Assembly: GCF_009914755.1 (NCBI RefSeq)
Contig: NC_060939.1
Direction: 5' to 3' (one strand)
Length of the DNA: 64,000 bases
Origin: the human T2T-CHM13v2.0 reference genome, Homo sapiens
Each line of letters opens with the position of its first letter. Position 1 is the stretch's first letter. Under the pieces are notes generated by a model. It was not told the DNA's origin, did not search any database, and worked only from the letters and a program-made list of their open reading frames with translations. Positions 53,649-64,000 of this stretch are shown here, one piece after another. The translations under genes and the position numbers were made by a program.

Positions 53649-55579
53649 ATTTCTTCAAGATCCAGCTTCTTGATCACTACTTTGAAGTGATTTTTTCTTT
53701 CTCTGTGCTTCTAAAAAAATCATACGGAGAAAATTTTCTTTAGATGCTGGTTAGAAATTTATTTGTAGGAAGAATCAGCTCTATTGAAAAGGATCTTTGA
53801 TAAGCCTGTGGGTTGAAAAATAGGGGTTGAAATAAATCCCCCAGGCCTGTGTTTCTAATGGCAGGCAAGTTTCTTGTCAAAGCAGGAAGCTACTCAGCCT
53901 GAATTGCTGAGAAGCTGTGTTGAGAGCTGCCTAGGAGAAGAGGTGGAGAGGCGATTAAAGTTAAGAGGCGAGGCCTGGGAAGAGATTGCATAAAGGGAGT
54001 TTTTCAAGTGATACGTGTGCTATGTGATGTGACACTTCCCCTTGACACTAAAAGTCTTCAGCAAAACTAGAGAATTCACAAAATCCTTGATATGACTGGA
54101 TTTCTTAAGGAAGCTGATGAAGTGGCTGAATTTTGCATCAAGGCTATGTTGGTTTAAAAGCAATTCACTTGTGCAGTCAAAGGAATCAGCTGATATCTGG
54201 GTCACACTTCATTTATATTATTCATTTAGGAGAGATATACATTATAGTACTTGCATTATAGAAACTGGGGGGTAAAGAGTAAGGTTCTCAATAAAATGAA
54301 CCATATTTCACGCAACTCTTTAATTTGCATGTGCCTAGCTCAAACTGTATAGTTGAGGATCTCAGTAAAAAAGTATCTATTGAAGAGATGATTGCTGCAG
54401 ATCAAAACCAGTCCTCCTCACTTCGCTTTCTCATCTTGAAACGTAAACCGGCCATCATTTAGTTCTAGTTTATTTGGATTTTTTGTTAAAGACATTTGAA
54501 GAATATTCTATGACATTGCAGTCATTTTTACTTGTTAAGTGGTAGCAAGTATTTTAAGCCTTCATCAGCCACAACCTTCCTAATGGGACATTGTTGTATT
54601 TCTTCTCTTAGTTTGCACTCTTAACTGCATTTAATTATCTGAATTTTCTCAGGATGAAGAAAAAGAGCTCCCATAAAGGGTGAGAATTGAGAGGAAATGT
54701 AGATAAAAATGAATTTCACTATCTCACTTCCAGTTTATCTACTCTGTCATCAACATTAAAGTCCTGTTTTTGTCTCTTCAGAAAACCACATGACATTTGA
54801 GAATCTTCTCCTCTACTGCACAAATTTCAAAACCATCTGGAACACCTTCCTTCCTTCCTTCTCTCCACCTCCCTATTCGTCCATCCTTTTCTTCAAACAC
54901 GAAAGTGTTTTTTCCTTATTTGGCTCACTCTTCCTATGTTTCTGAGCTCTTACATTCTATCTTAATTCTTTAGTTATTTAAAGGTATTGTTTATATGAGA
55001 ACAAACTTATACATACATAGGAAAATTTGAAATAAATAATATTTACAGATAAATCCTCTGTAGTGTATATGAAAATTAAGAATCAACTTTTCTGACTTCT
55101 AATTTCAAATACTAATGAAAAGTAAAAGGGCAAAGATCAAACCAGTATATGTACACAGGAGGAAGCACTAATACAATACATATAAATCTACTTTTAAATT
55201 AGTATGTTTGCATTCTCAGTCAAGAAGACTCATGTCTGCTCCTTGTTAGTAAATTAAACTCACAATTACAATCTTTGAAGATCTTCCCATAATGAAAAAC
55301 AATGTAAATTGCAGCTCCTCGTAACTTAAGACTTGAGAACAATGTCTTTTTGGCTTTTTTTTTCTTTTTGCAAAAAAAGTACAGATATAAGAAAACTATA
55401 CAGGGCCCTTGTCTTCAAATATTTAATACTTCATTTACTTTTTATAGCTGGAGAATTCTGGATTATTGACACTGACTCTGTAAATAACCTAGCTATATAG
55501 ACAGTCACGTTTACAAAGATTGAATGCCTGGTTAAAATGCTCAAATATAATATAGTTTTGTTTAAAAATGCAAACATTT

Positions 55580-55972
<393 letters not shown>

Positions 55973-56991
55973 TCAGAGAGTGCCCACGATTTGAAAGAAA
56001 ATCTGGATTTCAACATTATCCTTTGCTGTACAAATCAGTGGAAGTGTCCACATTACTGTCTCCAACATAGCACAAGGAAAGTGATTCCCCTCCCAGACAA
56101 GAGGTTTCTGACACTTGTCTTTATTGCCCCATCATAAATTCATAAAGGGATGTCCGCTGTAACCAGTTGGCAAGTTCACTGCATAAACATCAACACCAAT
56201 TTAATGACTGTGTACACATCGTAAACTAGAGAATCTTTATACAAAGAAATCAGATAAATCAAACATGAGCTGAGGCTAAGGAGAAAGCAATTAAAGCTTT
56301 AGGTTAAGGTGGCTGCGGGAGGGCACTGTGTCACGTTAGAGCAGAGAACAGAAAATGTGTTAATACAACTGCAGTATGTATAATTAAATTAATTAGTAAT
56401 ATAAAATGTGTTTAAAGCAACATCTCATCAACAGATTAATAGATAAGAAACTTTTAGAAGTTTTAATTTTCCCATTGTATGTGTTCAAAGAATAGGAAAA
56501 AAAAAACCCTCTGAAATTTCCTAAGGGGTTGATAAAAATAAAATTGCTGTGGTGGTGGGCTTGGGGGGGTGGGGGATGTAAAGTCGATTTACCTGCCTCT
56601 GGCTAGTAACAGGAAAAAGGAATAATCAGAACATAAAAACCTGTTTGGCCATATTTCATCTCCTTATAGCATATTGAAATGTTTTGGCGCCAACTCATCT
56701 CATTCTAATACCTCGAAGGCTGGTATAAAACACCTTTAAGGCACATTGTTTTCTGAGCAATTATTTAGAGTCAATGTCTAAGAAATGCTTAAGCATCACC
56801 TGGTAATACAAATTTTAAAGTTATATTTAAAACACCCAAGGAGGTTTTTACTGAACAAAAATTAGATTGCCTATATGCCAAAGCTCCTCATCAACTGAAA
56901 GCTGGAAGCTAAATTTGGCCGTAAGAAACTGGCTTGGAACTTCAGAAGTTCTGGGGCCAAATTCAGCCCTGTATTACTTGTATGCCTTGTG

Positions 56992-57028
<37 letters not shown>

Positions 57029-57774
57029 TGTTCCAGTGATAGCAAGCATTCCATTTATTCATCTCAAAAGCAATAAGATCCTAGAATGGAGCCTTCATAA
57101 CACAAAATGCTTTTAAGTTTTCCCTGAGGGGAACACAATATACACAATTCATGTAAAAAGAAGAAAAATGAAAGCTAAGTATTTCAGTTAAGGGTCAGAA
57201 ATCAATATTTCCTTAACAGCCTAAGCAACATGCATTACTCTTAATACAAATACTCAGAGACTTTACATTCTTCATAAAGGGAGATTTTCACATAATTGGG
57301 GTTGAAAGTGGCAGAATATGCTCTCCCAACTTAGTTTCTATTGCTGCAAAATGGAAAAGAATATATTTGGACAGCATTTCACTGATCCCTGTCATCCTCG
57401 GTTAAAACTTCTTACCTAAATGTCCAAGTGTGGAGCAACAGGTAACTAAATTTTAATACATCTCAATGGAATATGATAAAGACATTGCAATATCAATAGG
57501 AGAACAATATAGTAACAGAAACTATAAATGTAAAACTAACTTTATTGAAGAAATGAGAATATGGTATTTTTCAGGTGGCAAAATTTTTTCATGATGTTCC
57601 GTTATGCTGTCAATAAAAAGTTTTAAAAAAGAAAAACTTCTGCCTGAGTAGCACAAAAGTAAGTTATGATAAGATGTAGTAGGAAGAGAATGAACCTTAA
57701 GAGATAAAGTGTAACTAAAAGGACTGAGTTTAAAAAAACAAACATCCTGACTAGCTGGTGAGCATTAACATTAG

Positions 57775-57928
57775 TCCTCCTTCTGTTCTCCAGAATGGAG
57801 CCAGAGTGATCCCTGCAAAGGACCCGTGTGATTTTGTCACTCTACTGCTTGGCATGCTTCAGTGGCTTTCCATTATTTTCAGGCTGAAGACGAAAATGTT
57901 TATCATGGCCTTCAAGGTACCCAATGAT
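57775..57928 (+). mobile_element. L2 internal fragment
   Basis: gccagagtgatc...tgtcactctactgctt...cttcagtggctttccatt...catggccttcaagg. Confidence 0.7.
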
Positions 57929-58016
57929 CTGGTCTCGAACTCCTGACCTCAAGTGATCCGCCCACCTTGGCCTCCCAAAGTGCTGGGATTACAGGTGTGA
58001 GCCACCGCACCTGGCC
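57929..58016 (-). mobile_element. Alu 5' fragment (about 88 bp of the left monomer)
   Basis: ctggtctcgaactcctgacctcaagtgatcc...gagccaccgcacctggcc, with no tail and no TSD. Confidence 0.9.
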
Positions 58017-58499
58017 AATAGAAACTATTTTTAAAAATTCATTTATGTGTCTTATGCCTTTTAAAATATTTTTTGTCCTGTTTTCTCCTTCTTTCAATAG
58101 TGTACTCTGATATGATTCAAAGGAACCCCAGGGACCAACACCTCTCCTGGTTTCCAAATGACCTTAATTTTACTACAGTTTAAGATTCAAGTGTATAACA
58201 AATTCTTTTTTTCTAAAGCAGAATTTAGAGGAATCAGTTGTGACAATTCATAGAGATACACTTTTTTTTTTCTGTGCATGAAAAGCAGTAAAGCCCCGAC
58301 TCCTGATTTTGAAACCAATTTCTCATATCAAAAGTCTACACATCTGTTGAAACTGCCTCTATTGCTTAGGACTAAGAAACAATTTCTTTGTATGGGCTGA
58401 CTGAACAACTATCTTTTAAATCTCTTAAGTATGTACTAGAATTAGTCTGTGTTTGCATAGACATCTTTTACTTGTCGATATACACCAACACAGCTGTGG

Positions 58500-58680
58500 A
58501 AGAAAGACTAAGCTTTAGTTTCCACTTGGCCATCGGAAACTAAAGTCACTTAATCTCTCTAAGCCTCAGTTTGCTCATCTATAAAATAGGACAATAATAC
58601 CTGCTTTACAGGTATTTGGGAGGATTAAGTAAGAAAATGATAGAATCATGCTGGATAAGCTGTAGAGCATTTACAAATAG
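58500..58680 (+). mobile_element. MIR
   Basis: aagtcacttaatctctctaagcctcagtttgctcatctataaaatagg. Confidence 0.8.
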
Positions 58681-60957
58681 AAAACATAATCAAGATTCCA
58701 CTTAGCTTGAGGATTCAGACACAGAGTTTTGCAGAGTGGCCAAGTCACAAAAGGGCTCTTCAAAGGCTTCTACTCTCTGGTGTGACACTGGCACAACACC
58801 TATTGCCCCGGTAGAAAGACCTTTATTTCAAAATGTTTCACTAGGAAACAGTTAAAAGCTGTTCTTTGGTTAAGCGCACTGACTCTTATTTGGATGCTGC
58901 TGCCTCTTTAAAGCTTAGATCTGCATTCTTCTAATGGAGAAAAGGAGAGTAGGCATAAAACTATAGAATAAAGAGCCTGGAACTTAGTAGGTGTTATAAA
59001 ACATTGGTTTAAAAAAGAAAACATGAGTGAATAAACCCAAAGCGTTCATCTATTTTAAATTATCCGAATTGCCATGGTAAAATACAAGTTGTAATTAGAA
59101 GAATCAGGTTTGGTGCTTTGCACATAATAAGAGTTGAAAAAATAAAGAGGATGACTGGAGTAATGACGTTCAAATAAGAAGTTAAAATATTAACACTAAA
59201 AAACTGTAACTGAACTTTTAATTAAAAAAACCCTAAAAACTAATGACATTGTTTTCTTCTTATTTAAAAAAAAAAGCCAGTATTCCACTTGAAATGTTCG
59301 TGAGATATACAAATCCACTGATTTCCAAAATTAACCTTATGATATTTAAAGATGATATATGCCTTGTTGTCTATGGATACCTGCCAGAACTTGTACTTAC
59401 GTATTTCTAAACACTTAATTCAGCAATATTTCACATCAATTTCCCCCTCGATTTTTCTAGCTATCATGCCTTGAGAGCAGTTCCTATCTTTGACCTTGAA
59501 AACTCTCAATAAAAATCAGTCACATTTCCATTTCCTAGAAATTCGAAGAGTGTCACCAAACTTTCAGGTACAAATAAATTCTTGTCTGGTTATCCTGTAT
59601 TGTGAAATGCCAGCTCTTCATTATTTCAGAACATTCTATATCAGGGCTGATATTGAATCTATAATTTTGTGTTTTAAAACACCAAACATCATAGTGAAAT
59701 TCAAAAAATGAATTTCAGAATTCTGAGTGTTCATATTTCAAGCTCCTACATAGTTCGTTTATTTTTTCTTTCCATCGAGCCACAGAAGTTGACCCCAGTA
59801 AGACCATTAAGTCCACTGATTTCATTAGTAATATTTTTGTTCACACTCCAAAAATCAAATTGTTCATATTCCAAAAATTAAATAATTTGGTTTATCAACA
59901 TTTCAATGATTTTCCATATTCTCCCAAATTATTTGAGAGCTATGACATACCACGTTAACATTTACATATGAAAAACAGAAGCAAAAAAGCAATTTTCCTA
60001 ATAGAAGGCATTTAATCACGTTGAAATAAGATCTTACCTTACAGGGCTGCCCCTCAGCCCACCTTATACTTTCTGGATGTTTAAGTCTGTGGCTTTGACT
60101 TACATGGGTTAACGTCCTCTGTAAGCTAAATCCAGTATCAGATGGATATGGCATGAGGAACCAGCCAGCATGAGGAACCAGGTCCTACTGTTAAATCTGC
60201 GTGCCATGTTCAGTTGAGAACAAAACAGTCTTTCCCTAGTCTCTGGTTTCTCTGGCGTTTTGGGGTGAGAAAATAACTGAGTTTAGGATAGACACACTCA
60301 TCAGAATTGTTCTTGAAACCCTTTGCATTTCAATCAGTGCAAAATGCTTTTTAAATATTCCTGCTAACACGTGCCCAAGAGAGAAGAGTCGGTCTCATAT
60401 TTTCCCAAAGATCAAAATATCAAGAGATGGGAAATCCCTCCATAGAAAACCTTATTATCAAGGCTAAGGCAAGCACCTGGGGAATTAATAGCTGACATAC
60501 CTCATTTTAAACACCTACCATATGTTCATGGAAAATATAGCCACGTTACTTATCACTTTCTGTTTTCCTTTCATTGGTTTATGTTTTGCCTTGAATAAAA
60601 ACTGCATGAAAACATAGTCTTACGTTACCAGGTATGTATCTCCTCCGTGGAATAGCTCAATAACATTTTTAGTGTTTTATTTATGCAAGCAAAAATGCTC
60701 CTCAAATCAGTGCAGCTTGAACTGCTTGAAGAATGCTTTTTGAATTCCAGAATACTGAAGTTTTTTCTAACATCACTCAGGTACAGATACTTCCCAAAAG
60801 GCCTGTGACTGCCTTTTCCCCTTTTTGTTTTTTAAATCCCATATCTGTGTTTCAGTTTTCTTTAAATTTATTCATAGTAGAATCATGAAACTTCTTAAGG
60901 CCAGGCGGTGGGTTTATAAAAAATAAGGGTTTTTTTTTTTTTTTTTTTCAGAGTTCC

Positions 60958-61100
60958 ATGAATTTACTGAACGTCTACCATGTGCTAAGCGCTCCTCACA
61001 TACACCTGCATCAATTTTCCCTTCTTGACAACAGTCTGAGAAGGTAAGTGATGTGCTTAGGTCACAAAGCTAGTGAGTGGTGGAGCTGGGAATCTAACGA
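60958..61100 (-). mobile_element. MIR fragment
   Basis: atttactgaacgtctaccatgtgc...aggtcacaaagctagtgagtggtggagctggga. Confidence 0.65.
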
Positions 61101-61224
61101 GGTTTTGGTTTTTGTTTTTACTTCCAACTGTTTGTTGTTTTGGCTGGCACACAATAGACGATGTTCATGTGCACAGCCACTCCCAGGGTGAGTCCAAGGT
61201 GAGATGACATTAAGAAAGCAAATG

Positions 61225-61473
61225 TGTAGGCAGGAGGAATAATTTCAAGAGATCTATCGTACAGCATGGTGACTACAGTCAAAAACAATGTATCGTATAC
61301 TTGAAAATTGCTGAGAGCAAATTTTAAGAATTATCACCACAATAAAAATAAAGTATGTGAGGGAATGCATATATTAATTGGTGGGTTTAGCCATTCCACA
61401 ATGTATATGTATTTCAAAACATGATGTACACTGTAAATATATACAATTTTTATTTGTCAATTACAAAATAAAC
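61225..61473 (+). mobile_element. 5'-truncated L1MA 3' UTR
   Basis: ttcaagagatctatcgtacagcatggtgact...tacttgaaaattgctgagag...agccattccacaatgtata...atatacaattttt. Confidence 0.85.
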
Positions 61474-61505
61474 AATTTTTTAAAGTTTCTACCAACACTT
61501 TATAA

Positions 61506-61846
<341 letters not shown>

Positions 61847-62304
61847 TATAAAGAGATTTTTTTAAAAAGAAAGCAAATGGAAATGTAAGTGGGTAAGAGT
61901 GGCTTCTTCTGGGCAGAACTATATCCATATGTATATTATATTATATTATTATATGTATATAATTATATTATTATATGTATACTTATACATATATATCATT
62001 GGAAACATCAGTTCTTAAATACTATGACACACCACAACTGACAGAGACTGAAGGCACAGGTGCTATATCTCTGTGCCTAGGAACCTAGACAAATAGCAGC
62101 AGATCTAAGGGTTGATACTGAATTGCTTATACATTTGCAGAAAAAAATTAACAGATTAATAGAAAATGATCATTTTTGTTTGTTTTCTAATATGATCAAT
62201 GGAGACATGCAATTCAATATTTACTATCCACCTACTATGGGCAAGGACTGTAAAGAGGAGTAAAACACAATCCCTGCCTTCGAAAACTTAAAAACTCAAA
62301 TAGG

Positions 62305-62617
<313 letters not shown>

Positions 62618-62869
62618 TTCAGGGGAGGTGTGGTAAGTGTATATATATATAACAATTCAATAATAAAATTTTAGAACCAAAATTCAGTTGAGGAAAAACA
62701 CACTTTTCAAGAATGTTTTATATACTTATTTAAAACCAGGCTTCTCATAGCATCAATATTAAAGAAAAGGATTTAAATCAAATCCATGAAATACATAGCA
62801 AGAAATGAGACACACTGAAACACAAACTTAAAAAAAATCTTGTTGATTGGAAGGAATGGGGAAGTAAAG

Positions 62870-63110
62870 TAGCAAAGTGTTGAATAGCATAGTTTTTGAC
62901 ATCAAAGAGAATCAAGTTCAAGCTCCCAGTTGAATTTACTATTCATGTGATCTTGGGTGAGTCCAGGGATCATCACCTACTAGAAGGAATAATAATGCCT
63001 ACAGCACAGAGTTGTCATATTAAAGAAGATAATTCCTGTAGTAAAGTATTTAATAGCATAGTGCCCAACACACAGTCAACTAATAATATTAATAAATATC
63101 AATAAATATT
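62870..63110 (+). mobile_element. MIR
   Basis: tgtgatcttgggtgagt...ataataatgcctacagcacagagttgt...agcatagtgcccaacacacagt. Confidence 0.7.
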
Positions 63111-63689
63111 AACTTAGCCACAAAAGGTCCAATGTGTTAGTTAAACTACAACAGCTGACACAGAAAGCAGGAGCCTTTTATTTACAGAACTCCCTATCTC
63201 TAATTCCTAAAGATAAAACTTAGAAAAGGCTGGTTGATCTTTATCTTCTTGAGTGTTTTCTCTCAATAAGGGCTGTAGTGATCACAGGCCACCACACAGT
63301 GAAGGGCATTCAGCATCAAAAGTGTAACCAGAGGAGAGCCCAGGCAAACAACCTGAATTCCACTCCATTTACTGCTTGCTGAGCAACTACTATACACAAA
63401 ATACCCTGCTTAGGATCTAAAATTACCCAATTGAAAACTTTCCTTGCTAGCCCTCTAGAAAGGCACATGTTCTACAAGGACATAACTTTAACCTGTGACA
63501 AGTTTTGATAAGCAGTTATTTTCTGGTGAAACCATGGATTAAATGTACCTCCTCTGCATTTGGTAAGATGATACATTATAAACAAAAATTTCTTAACAAT
63601 TAATCCATGTTTCTTCTCAACAATACAAATTTGTTTCTGGTCTTCAGGCCAATTAATTTCCTTGGCATTTACAACAACAACAATAACAA

Positions 63690-63906
63690 TAAGGATTAAC
63701 CTTTTGTTAAGTGCACAGTATGTGCCAGAGACTGTGTGTTAGGTGATTTACATTTTTGCTAATCCCTAGAGCAATTTACAGATGCAGAATCTGAGATGTT
63801 AAATGACCTGCCTGAGGTAACACTGTCAGTAGTAGCAGAATCCAGATGAATTGAATGCAGGCCAGCCTGGCTCCAGGATCTGTGCTCTTATCGCTGTACC
63901 ACACTG
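63690..63906 (-). mobile_element. MIR
   Basis: tatgtgccag...tttacagatgcagaatctgag...gttaaatgacctgcctgaggtaacac...ctggctccagg. Confidence 0.75.
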
Positions 63907-64000
63907 GTATTGTGCTACAGGCACTGAAGTGTGCTTTTTATTGTATCCTTGCTTCTTACATGGATTGTTTTATTTTAAAATGCTAAGAAAATGTACTAAT

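Noticed and set aside
60030-60130. Minus-strand donors AAG|gtaaga and CAT|gtaagt
   Set aside because: No convincing pyrimidine-rich acceptor pairs with them.

Overview
Primate (human-like) AT-rich, non-coding genomic DNA, either intronic or intergenic. I recognise no protein-coding gene, rRNA, tRNA or CRISPR array. The listed ORFs are mostly Alu-derived or random, and I cannot name the locus. The window holds about 14 Alus (J/S/Y), many MIR and L2 remnants, MER2, MER91-like and hAT-like DNA-transposon fossils, two MLT1 LTRs, L1M 3' fragments and microsatellites. An Alu-free stretch of about 19 kb (21.9-41.3 kb) and the 9.8-12.7 kb region contain motif-dense blocks that look like enhancers. 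The most interesting signal is a hand-built minus-strand transcript model. It has candidate exons at 31852-31869, 14670-14810 and 10485-10574 and a terminal exon from 9112 to about 8491 with AATAAA plus a GU-rich element. The exons are phase-compatible and would encode an unrecognised 93-aa ORF. This is a hypothesis from splice signals only. Subfamily calls and the ends of old repeats were made by eye and are approximate.
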